Assembly: GCA_020536535.1 (NCBI GenBank)
Contig: JAHLWZ010000601.1
Coordinates: 1 to 64,000 of the forward strand
DNA: 64,000 bases
Direction of reading: 5' to 3'
Source of the DNA: Pelomyxa schiedti
Taxonomy: Eukaryota > Protista > Evosea
Below, piece by piece: positions 39,768 through 51,400 of this stretch (positions are counted from its first letter, which is position 1; every line of letters begins with the position of its first letter). Under the pieces are notes generated by a model. That model was not told the origin of the DNA, searched no databases, and was given only the letters and a program-made list of their open reading frames with translations. Made by a program: the position numbers and the translations under genes.

Positions 39768-42700
39768 CTATGGTGCTTTGTTTTGGAAGTAACCTTTTTC
39801 TTTCATTTCCCATGGGACTTCGTCAAAGGCCATTTTGCAGCAGCCCTCATTGGTTGGTGATCTGTTACATTGTGTGCACACCCAGTGTGAGCACCTTGTG
39901 CCCTCCCACTCTGACTCTGGGGTGTTGCAGTACAGGCAGGTAGACACACATTCGTTATTCTGCTGCAGCCTGTTGAGTTCTGTGCCACACCGTGTGCACA
40001 TCCCAGTTGGTGCCTTTGTGCATGCACACTGTGTGCAGGTGCCATGTGGATCTTGCATGCACCCACACAGAGTACAGCACCCAGTTGGCTTTTCAGCACC
40101 TGGTGGATCCAGGGCCTGCTGGCAGTACCGACACTTGGGCTTTGGGCAAACTTCGGAGTTCTCATCACCCCCACAGCAGGTGTAGATCAGCTTCTTCTTG
40201 GATCCAAAAAATTGCAAAAGCAAGCTGAGGGCTGATTTAACTGGCACTAGTGACCCAGAGTGTGTGTTGGAAACGACGTGACAGCTGGGAACCACAGTGT
40301 GATGGAGGCGGAGGGGTTGGTGCCGGTATGCTATAAAGGGGCGGGGATGTGTCAAAACAGTTCGCTTTGGGCAGGTGTTCACCTGGTGGTTGACCAGCAT
40401 GCAAGCCGGGACATACATCAAGCACATTTCGCATTTCACTTTTTGGGCCCCCAGACCAGTGCATATCTGAGCATGGGAATATTGTGATTTTTTAGGGAAG
40501 TCCAGCCCACATTTTTCACATGATACCCTGTTTTTCTCACACTCATGCTCTGTGTGGTGTGTCAGGTTCTTCATTGGGAATTTGGCTGTGCATCCCTCAA
40601 AGGGACATGGCACCGATAGTGACCTGCAGATGTGATCCCCCACGTCTGGAATAAGATGCTCTACAAGGCCGCACATTGGCACCTGCCTCTGACAGCACTC
40701 TCTGGGAGTTGCCTTGGATGCAGAACTTTCAATTTCAGTTCTGGAACCAGTTCGAGCATGTTCCTCTGTGGCACCAAATGGGCACCTCCTCAAGTTGCAC
40801 CGCTTGCAGTTTGTTTGGTGTAGCCCTTCGAGGATTTCAGTGCTTGGGCACTGCTGGCGACAGAAACCACATCGAGTGTTGACGCCGCTTCTTTTGCAGC
40901 TCTGTAGAATGTGTGCAGGGTAGTCTTTCACTTCTATATGACTCGCACAGCAGGGACAGCTGACACTGCTGGCTGCACAGTCCCGAGCAAGGTGCAAATC
41001 CAAGTCTCGGTAGGGTATGTATTTTTTGCAGTTTGGGCAGTTGACAGAGAACTGGCTGCTGGTGCACAAGTAGAGCCAGTGGTAAATAATCTGAAAACAG
41101 GCCACCTTCTCACCACAGTAGTTACACAAAGTTTTCTGGATGCTTGCGGGGCAAGACTGGATATGGTGAGGCAGGTCAGTGACATAGTGGCAACAAAAAA
41201 AGCACAGTTCTCCTCTTTTTTCACAGAATATTGCATGTCTTGTTTCATCACGCTTGCGGAGACCAATGTGCTTTTTCTGCCTGTGTAGTGTGGTGCACAA
41301 GGAAGTATACAGTGCTTCTTCAGCCTCCATATCTGAGCAGCCACTATTTTCCTGCACCTGTGTAAAATGGTTCTTGACAAGATGATAGACACCTACTTCT
41401 TGCATCTCGATATCTAGTTTCTCAGCGGGGTATAGCACAAGTGCCAGTTCCTGCTGGAAGCGGAACTGCCATGCTGGCAGCTCGCAACATCCTGGATCGT
41501 AGATGCAGCCGCCCTCTGCCAAGTAGCACTGCTCTGTTAGATGCTTAAACATATGGCAGACAGGCCCATCCCAGCCACAGTCCAGTGGGCACGTCTGCAG
41601 GTTGCTGGGACAGAAGAAGTTCAGGTGCTCAATCAAATCGTAATGAGCAATCGTTTCATGGCATCGGGGGCATGGCAGCAGGTTTGCACCTTCTTCTTGT
41701 TGAATCGCATCCTCAGATAAAAACCTCACCTTTGCAAGTCTGTGCAAGCTTGTCCTATCCCTACCCACAAGATGCTTTTTCTCCAACGGGATGAGATGGT
41801 GAAGATTGTTCCCGTACGTTGTTGAGGCAAGGAAACAATCTGGAGGGAGGTTTTGGATGCATTGCGCTGATTTATGCAGCTGCCAATGTACCTTCTCCTC
41901 CTTTTTCAGGACTGGGCAATGGCACACAAGGCAGGAAACGAAAAAGTAGTCACACTCCAATTTCAAGTGCTCTTCCAGTTCATCGAAGGTCATGGGCTCA
42001 GCGTGGCAATCTGGAAAGATGCAGGCCAGTTTGATACATTTACAGCATCGCAGGTGGCTTGGAAGGCAGTGCATGGCAACTTTAGAAGAACAGAAGAAGC
42101 ATGGTACTTTGAATTCCTCGCATTCAAACTGAAGATGGTGAACCTGGTTGCAGCCTAAGAGGGGGCTTTGGCAGAACCCACAGAACCGAGGTGCTTTAGT
42201 GCACCAGAGCAGGTGCTCACGGATGCTTGGAGCACTTCCATTAGCAGGAGAATCAAAAAAAAAAGAGGGTTGCATGCAATATGGGCATGGAAGCGGCATA
42301 GAGCAAGTCTTGTCTAACCGCAAAGCCCGACGCAGAATATGCTTGCGAAGCTTCTTCAGTGTGAACTTGCCGGGACACGTAGGGCATGGAACCTGGAACC
42401 TCTTGCAGCCCTTCAGGTGTGCCGCAAGACTGCGCATTATAAATGGATCCCCACAAAATGAACAGCGCAACTCAAGCATTCTATATTTTGGGCAGGCATC
42501 CTCCCTGAGGTGACGACGAAGTTCGAGGTATGAGTTACTTGGTGTATAGCAAAAAGGGCATGATGTGTACTTATACACAGAGTTGTAATCCTCATTTGAA
42601 ACCTTGTACCCACAATTCTTCACCCTGCACAACCTCAGTCGGCGCTGGCATGAAAACTTGTGTTCAGCTATTTGGTTCAAGGGGAAGAGCTCCATGCAGT

Positions 42701-45700
42701 AGCGGCATATGACGTGGCGCCCTGGGCAGCTGGTTGAGTGCTCTTTCTTCCTCTCCCATGCGGGTTTACCAGGTGCCAGAGGGCAACCGCAAACTGCACA
42801 TGCTATAGGGGCAGCGGTGCACTCGTCCCTCCAGTGCATTTCCTCTGAACCACGTGGCACACAGATCTTGCAGTGCTGGCATTCCACTGTTTTCTGGCAG
42901 GAATGTACCTTGCACACTTTGAATTCCTTTCTGCAGTTCATGCAGAACATTACATGCGTGCTATCTCTGAAGCACTTGCATCTACCACAAACATCCCCTG
43001 GGGCCCTGTTTGGGCAACTACCTGTGAGGTGATGATACTGCTCCTTTCTTACCATTTTTGAATTGCACTTTGGGCATTCCCACTGACCTTGACAGAGGTT
43101 GTTATGGTGCTCTCTTTTTCGGCCAGGTTCAACTTCCATTGTGCAGTATTCACATATTTCGGACCTGGATTCTTGCCTTTTGGAGCACTCGACCGCCATG
43201 TGTCTCTCTTGATCAACAGCCATGACTTCGACTCCGCACAGGGGACATTTGCTTTTCACATTTGCGGCGCAGATGTCCACATGCCGGTTTAAGGATGCTT
43301 CTGAAACTCTCTTCTTGCACAGTTGGCACTCAAATACCTGCTGTTTTATGACAGGAACGTCGCAGAGCAAAGGGTCATTCAGGTCCCTAGTTGTCAGCTG
43401 AAGAGCAAGTGGATCCTCCGGGGAAACTGTGCCATCCCGATCATACTTTGCACAAACATCAGCAATCAGGGAATGTAGCTTCTTTCCTGAGACCTTCATT
43501 TCTGCATAATGTTCAAGAGGGATCGAGGAAGCGCGTTCTGTTTTGTAAGATGAGTCTGGATCCAAAGAGGGTGGCTTGTGCTCTTCTGGGGTCTTGGATT
43601 TGTTGCTTTTCCACTTTAGTAAAAACTGAAGGAGCTGTGTAAATGAGTAAATGCATCTGTAATTAAAGATGACAGACCAACCTTTTTGGCTATGTCGGAC
43701 AGTAGGGTTTTGAGGTTCACACCCATTGTGCCTTTTATCGCTTGCCCAGACATGATTATGTCATATGTCACTATCACTTTTGCGGAGCTTTTTTCAGAGG
43801 AAACTGGCCCACCAATACTTAAGTTCTTCACCAGCAACTTTCCCTCACACATGTTCATCAAAGTTTCCTTGAGAGTGTTAATATGTCCGCTCTCAACTGC
43901 CTCGGCAACGTCCGCAGCCATTTGAACCATATCTACTAAGAGCCCTTGAACAAACTCTGGCAGGAACCTAGAAACAATCCGTTGGGCGCGCCTAAGTCCC
44001 CGAAGGCACAATTGGGTGATGCCCCTGATGCAGTCGTGCAGCCCATCCAAGATTGCCGAGACTACACTGCTGCACTCGATGTTTCTGCAGTTAAGTCTCG
44101 CTTGAATGCTTGGCAGTCCTTTTGTCCAAGTGACTTGTAACACACCTCCCATTTCGACTCCACAATTTGGTTGTGCTTCCGAGTTTGCCAGAACCACTGT
44201 GTTTTCCTCACAGTTAGGGGTTCTCAATAAAGATATTCTGATTTCAACACTCAAGAACAAAGAGCTGGGCGCACAGGAGAACCGAATCTCAGAACTCAAG
44301 GAAAGGTCAAGAATACTCGGAAGAATCGTAATCTGGGTCGTAAAGCTGAACCCAGCAGTTCTCCTGGCTGTGTCTACACTCAGCGTCACCTCACATTGGC
44401 CAAGGATAAAGAGTATTGTGGAACGCACTGTACACGTCCAATTTCGGATGGCAATTGATAGTTCCAGTGCAGCAGATGGTGGTCCTCCACTCACGTTTAT
44501 ATTAGTAAGTAGCCCAAGCAACACTTTTGCCTCAAGACCAAGCCATGATAGATGTGCCGTAAATCCTATAAAATTCTCAGTTGCCTCCAATAGCGGCGTT
44601 GTCCTTTGCGTTTTATTTTGAATCAACCTCAAAAGAGAGTTGTCGGCCCTGTCTTTTGGTTGAGGGAGACTGGTGAGTTCTTCATTGTCAAGCTTGAGCA
44701 GGAGGCCCAACTCTTTTATGTTTGGAAGGGCACGGTCAAGAGCTTCTACATCTGCATAAGAACAGCGACGGAATATCCTGATCACTGCCCCAATCGTAAG
44801 ATTGTCACAGAAGAGGTAAACGGTGGTTGGTGATACCAGCCCTGCAGAAAATGTCACCCTAAATGCAGCTGCAAACGCTGGTGCAGGCCCATCCGTCCAA
44901 GTGGTACGCACGCCACCAGAGAAGAAGATAGAAACACAAGAAGGTGCAAGAGTGAGTTCCCCACGAAGTCCATATATGGCAAGGTGACTCAACGAGTGAT
45001 GGAACGTTGATAGAGGAATTTCAGACTCCAACGATAGAGAGGCCACCAGAGAGGGAGGGACTACAGTTCCTTTAAGCACTGCGGTCATCTGTAGGCCATT
45101 TGAAAATTTAAGATTCGTCTGAATCTCGACCTTTGGTTTGGGATATGCCATAAGCTTCAACCTACAACCTCCACTTTCAAGTCCTGCTGCAGGCAGCGAG
45201 AAGTTGCCCAAGTCGATATCCACATGAAAGCCGGAATCACTGAAAATTAGACAAGCTTCGAAGCGGTGGCCTTTAAGGTTGAGAATGTCAAAAAAGCTAT
45301 CAGTAAGAATGCAGCATAGTGAAATGCAAAGGTATAGACTCTCCTTCCTACGAAGCAAACGTTGGGCGGAGGTGCAAGCCCCCAAGAAGGACTTGTTCTC
45401 AACATGTTCCATTATGGATTCGGCAATCCTGGGCTCCACATCATCGGGATGCCGGGAGGATTTATATGTGAACTCAAACTGGTGGAGCTCCACATCCACA
45501 GGAAGGGAGACATCATAATCAAATAGTGCTTTAAGGATTGACGATAAGGCAAATCTCGAAAACTCCACAGAGATACACGTGTGACCATCACAGTGAAGGA
45601 GACATGCTTTTAGTCCTAAAGGTTCAAGAGCAGCTTCTATGGAAACATCCATAAAAAACCCCACAAAGCATGACGGTCCATGGGGATTTGCGTCTGCCTG

Positions 45701-47044
45701 CCGTGAGTGACTATCTGCCAGCTGTAGCAGCAAACTGTAGTTATTTACAGTGATTTTCTTCAGTGCTCGTTGCACCTTTTGTCTCAAACTGCCTCCACTA
45801 TCCCCTTGCTCCTCAAATCCAATACCACGCAAAATTTGGAGAAGATGGAGCCTCTTAGGGTCGCCTGATACCGGTTGGACTGGCCGCTGCAAAGCCAAAA
45901 AGAACTGTGTGCCTTGCTTTTGGTCGCCAAGAGAAAAACTGGAGCTGATGCAAAGTGGTAGACCAAAGAGGATTACCTCATTCGTTTCCACAGTACACGA
46001 CTTGAGTCTCACGCCATTGCCCACTTCAAGGTCAACCTCAAGGCGGAATGTTGTGCTTTCTCCCATCTTTAATATCGCATTGTCAGTTATCTTCTGCAGA
46101 ACTTTGGCAACTTTCTTCATGCCAAGGGTATCCTTAACCATTGCAATAATTCCACTCTTGCTAGCCTCAATATTGGCTTGGAAGCAGAATACAGAGGGCT
46201 GTACCAACTTGGAGTCATCCACCCCTCCTGCGCCTTTGAGCGATCCTATTGCCTTGCTCGTTTGCGGTTGCATAAGAGAAACTGCTGCTCTATCTCCTTC
46301 AAGAGTTTCCAAACTTGAACCTGGTATCTTTGCCGTTGGGTTCGAGCTCTGTACTCGGTCCGTCTCCGCGACCACTTTCTGATGAGTCATTGCAAGCTTC
46401 AGACCCACAGCAGCACACTCAATCTCAAGTTGCTTCACAACAACATTCCACTCGGATCCAAAGGTGACATCCACCTCAAGGGAGACTTGAATCTGGGGAA
46501 CTATCTTTTGCAACATAGAATTCACACTTGTCATGGTTTCTGCTGTAAGAACTTTGCTCAGGCATTGAAATAACTTCGTCAAAGAGGCACCCTTGCAGAG
46601 CATTTTGCAGCCTCGGTTGGAAATCACCAAACTGGCGGTGGCCCCTTTAGCGTGGCTCTCAGCAACCTCATTGGGTATGAAAAACTCCTGCAGAGATACG
46701 TTTACCATCCAGTCATTTTCTGTGGTGTTGTCAAGGGTGCAACTAACATTGAGGCCGTCAAGCCCAAGGCAATCCAATCTCAGGGTACACTGAAGGTTAA
46801 CCCTCCCAGTGGAATGCCGAAAATTCTGTGGAATAGGAACGTTCAAGGAAGGAGCCACGCTTGCATCCATTGCCCCCCAGGCGCGCGTTGCGTTCCACCC
46901 TCTGTACCGCTCATCGCCGTCTTCGTCGTCATCGTCGTACTCGTAGTCCCATTTTTCCTCCGTGACATGGTTGCTGCAACTGATAGATGGGACTGTGTCG
47001 GCAGAGGCGGAGAAGGTACCAAAAACTGACGCCTCATCCGCCAT
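39768..47044 (-). CDS. About 2400-aa protein: N-terminal beta-rich A-family region (paralogue A3) plus a long TRAF-type zinc-finger array
   Basis: ORFs 43616-47044 and 39768-43565 join in frame across a 47-nt phase-0 intron at 43681-43635 (AAG|GTTGGT...ACACAG|CTC CTT CAG). The second ORF has no ATG start and carries more than 20 CxxC...H..xC units. Confidence 0.8.
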
Positions 47045-47711
47045 TTCTCTTTCCCTTCGCTACGAGACAGTTTCTCGTTTTAAAAAACGAACGAAACGTA
47101 ATGGAGATAAAAAGCTTACTGTTATTGACGGCTACTACTTTGGGTCGAGCGACGCTAAGAATAACAGTTCTAAATAATGCCAAGTTGGGGAAAGCTAAAC
47201 GGCGCTGACAGCTAAGGTGCGGACGAATATTCGATGTTCGAATACATTCGATTTTTTTTGACTATTCGACGAATAACCTATTATGAGTGTGATGTCTAGT
47301 GGGAGGACACCCGTTTTTTGTGACAACCGCGTCGGCTGTTCCCTACCATTGTGCATCTCAACTTGGCACCCAGGCCAACCCCACCAATAACCCCCAGAAA
47401 AAGGGCTCGCAACAACAAAGGGTCCCAAGTTTCATCTCAATCACAAAGTACCAAACGCCGTCGTGGAGGTTCGCCTTTGGCTTCTACACCCAGACCTTGT
47501 CTCCCATCCGTACAAACTTTAACACCTCCTCCTCCACTTTTTGCTACGTTGAGGCCACCCTCAGCATTACACCTGCCATTGCGGTCACCTATTTCACTTA
47601 GAGAGGGTGGANNNNNNNNNNNNNNNNNNNNNNNNNNNNNNNNNNNNNNNNNNNNNNNNNNNNNNNNNNNNNNNNNNNNNNNNNNNNNNNNNNNNNNNNN
47701 NNNNNNNNNNN

Positions 47712-48007
47712 GCTCACAGCTGATTTACGAGCACCTTGTCAAAATGCAGCTGCTCCAGAGGGGGTTTTTCACCAACATTCTCGTGGCAAAGTTGAAGAAA
47801 AACCAGATCCTGCTGACTGGTGATTTGGAGCCGCACAACACACACTGCGCAGGGATACTCGTCAAAATTGCTGAAGGGTCACTGGTGGAACATATTGACA
47901 TGGTAGTATTACCAGACGTGACCAACACACTCAAGAAGCTTGTTGAAATTCGTGGGAGGCTGAAAGAGTTCGAGAACTCGAACCTCAAGGAGCTTCTTCA
48001 GCTATAG
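47712..48007 (+). CDS. 3' end of a third DUF3638-family giant gene (paralogue G3); the rest lies in the scaffold gap
   Basis: SQLIYEHLVKMQLLQRGFFTNILVAKLKKNQILLTGDLEPHN is identical to 32613 onward and then diverges to its own stop. Confidence 0.75.
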
Positions 48008-48418
48008 AAACTTTGTAAACAATCTAAATCTAAAATTTTTTTCTTACTGGTAGCTCTTTGAGTGTGGGTGGCACAATCTTGCCAGACTAACGTGCCACTC
48101 CAAAAAAAAATGTAGATAACAATCAACTGCCCTTGGGAGCTACTGCAAGGATAACTGAACATAGACACTATCACACACAACTCAAATGGGAACGAGAGTG
48201 TTATCAGCCGTTTAAACAGTGTCATTGGTGCGGGGGTCCGTTGAGTGAGGAACCCAAAATAATCAGCAAATTCCTGGAGAATCCTTGTAGTCAGGTTGTC
48301 TTCTCGTTTTGGTAAGTGGTCCAGGTTTTGCCCCGTGCAGACCTGTCTCCGGTACTGGGAAGGAAGGGAGAAGAGAATCCAAAAAAAAAAAATAAAAACA
48401 AAACCACAACCACAAAAA

Positions 48419-51400
48419 ATGAATCCTGATCAGCAGGCGTTCGTCGAACGCCTCTGTACCCCCGAGCGCTTGAGTACCTTGGTACTGCCGACCCCCCCCG
48501 GCGTGAACTTCATCTGCGAACAAGAGAGTAAAATGGTATGGCAACGACAAAACAATGGTCGGTTGACATAGCGCAGACTCCATTGCATTGTGCCACAATT
48601 CTTGGTTACACAAGCACAGTCAAGTGGCTGCTAGAGAACAAAGCCGATGTGAATCTGACAGTAATGCTTTCTGTTGTCTTTTACCTTCTTACACCTGAAC
48701 CCCCTCCAAACTCCACAATGAATGTAGATGGTACTCGCAGAATTCAACTTACATCACCAGTCCCTACTAACACTAACCGCAGACTGTATGAAACATCTTT
48801 TTATTGTTGGCTAAACTTATATTACTTTTTTGTTCCAAAACTTGTCCCTTCGTAGAAAAATCTGGTAAGAAAGAAACTTCCCACAGCGAACCTCATTATA
48901 CAATAGAATAATAAGGTACAAGTCATAGACTACTTTACAACAACTTGACAAGGCAAAACTCTTAAAACACAAAAAGTGGGTATGATATGTGCCACAGCCA
49001 CCTCCCCCCCTCTTTTTGAAGGAAACAAACCACACAATACATGATGGTGACTGATAATTACTATTTTATTGAAATCCTCATGGGTGGCAGATGGTATGTA
49101 ACCTCAAAAACATAGTCATAACCTTTTTTTAATACATAAATCAGAAAGTGTGTCGTTCCTCTACAACCAACTCCATTGCTGACTCCCTTTTTTTGCTTTG
49201 TTGCATTGGATGACATAATAGCTTGTATATCACCCAATAGAACTTTTTATATATAGCTTTATTGCCCAAAAACACATCTTTTCTATCTTAACAAATATGT
49301 ATACAGATGGTACACACACCAGCATCACCATGAATTTGTTAAACCTCTTTTCCCTCCCATCAAACCCAAATATTTTTTCACAGAATGTATGCTGCACTTT
49401 CTGTTTTTCCAACCTAACACCCACAAATATGTGACCAAAAAACCAATAGGAAGTATGTGAAATGAAACTTGCATATTTTTAGCTGCTATACTCACCTTAT
49501 TCTTTCCCATTGGTTGCATGGTCACATTTTAGCTTGTATGGAATCAATACTAATTGGCTTCAACTTATCCTCATACATCACAATACACTTTTCTAACAGA
49601 ATGTGTGTACTCTGCTTTAACCCACTGTAAAACTCTTGTTTTTCCCTTACCCATCACAAAATAGATCGTATGTGATCACATAAACTGACTCAGACTAATA
49701 CCGTTTTCATGGATACTTTTCCCACTGGAATATGGTACCATAGGATGTATGTGCAAGGCAAATAGAAGTAATAATTATATTTATGTTCTCTCCAGGATGT
49801 ATGTTGTCAGCTGACCAGATTTTTAATTTTTCATATTCCTTCTCTCACCATATCCTTTACTGGGTGGCACATGCACACAGAAGGTATGGAACCAGTTTTA
49901 TTTTTGGAGCCTTTCATTTAAACATTTTCTCTGTGTTTTTTCTTCTTGCTATGATACACAAGACAGTATGTGGCCATCTCTCAATTTCTTTTTTCTCATT
50001 GTATGCAAATGAACCATTTGATGTCCTCACACTAGCTTGTATGTTTAGTTGATACAAACTACTTGCTCACTTTAAACTACAAACTCAATTAAATACCTTC
50101 TTTACATGTAGGATGTATGTACCAAGATGTGCAATCACTATTTTCTTTTCCTCTTTCTTCCTCCATCAAACAAAAATGTAATATAACTCTGTGTTTACCT
50201 CTTCTTCCCACTGAACACAATAGCTTGTATGTGATCTGCCTCCCCATCATTTTTCATTTTTGATCACACATTTTTCACTTGACACATGGCTCCATAATCA
50301 AAGATCGTATGCCATTTCAATCAACTGTTTATTTTCATTTTTCTTCTTTCAGGATGGCTGTTCGATTGTATGTTGTATTCAAAGTTTTATTTTTTACTTG
50401 ACTATTCACTTCTTTATGGAACAAATCAGGAACTTGTAAGTTGTGCTGTAGTGTTTTTTTCTCCCTCATTCCCAAATAATAAAAAAAGACCACACTGAAC
50501 ATTGCATGCATTTTGAGGCACAAAGGAATTATGGAACTCCTACTCAGCCAATGTTCTGTACAAATTGATGTGTGTCACTACATTAGTTTCTTCTTTGGGT
50601 TTCATATTAAAACAGGATGATACCCTTGCTCTTTGCCAGGACGATTCCATAAAACAGCTGTTGAAGCGCAAACAGGTTGATATTAGCAGAAGTCTTGATC
50701 AGTGTAGTTCTGATGACTTTTTGTGCAGGTCTCAGACGGGTCTCGAACACAAACACAGCCGCAAGCAGTGGCGCAAAGTCCAACGGCTATAACAGTAAGT
50801 CTGGCTATTGGCCTCAGTTCTGAACTTTACCCAGGTAGCTCCAGCAGTTGGCAAGATGGCAATAGCACCAGAATTGCAGGGTCTAACAGGACAAGTTACA
50901 GCCAGCAAGGAAATCGGAAGTACGGATGTATCAAAGGTTCGCATCAACAGAACCAATATGGACCAGCTGCAGGAATGGCTGGGGCTTGACTGTATTGGCA
51001 CAGAGACATCTCTCAACTCAAGATTTATCTCCACAGAGATTTTTGGTGCATAGCAACAGTATATCTGTTTCCAGCCCAATAATAATTGGCAGGAATAAGT
51101 ACCCTCAGTGTATCAGGGTACCGTTGTGGTGCATTGATCATTGGTGATGCTGAACCTCAGGAGCACAATAAGATAGCAACCTTTGCTAATGTGAAATTTG
51201 CCCCCTTTTTCGACTCTGCTCATCTCATTTAGTTTCTTCATGCTGTCTGTTCCTTTGATGTCACGTGGAACACAAACCCAAACACATTTACAGAGAAATT
51301 AGGGATCTTTTCCAGTCCAATTTCCTCCCAAGCGCCGTCTTCTTCTAGATCAGTGGCTCCACAAGGGAGCAAAGTACAGTTTTGTACAATTGTTTCACAA

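Noticed and set aside
43560-43690. Programmed -1 frameshift joining A3 to the zinc-finger ORF
   Set aside because: No canonical X XXY YYZ slippery site; a normal 47-nt GT-AG intron explains the join
47351-48007. 218-aa ORF in the track
   Set aside because: Read through an N gap joining unrelated sequence to the G3 3' end
49761-49773. Possible 2-nt micro-exon TAG|AA|GTAATA
   Set aside because: It would need a 19-nt upstream intron, far shorter than any other here, and would break the frame
48700-50450. CRISPR-like or satellite interpretation of the periodic TAGnnnGTATG motif
   Set aside because: The conserved bases are only splice acceptor and donor signals around a variable triplet; there is no 25-40-bp repeat, no cas gene, and the context is eukaryotic
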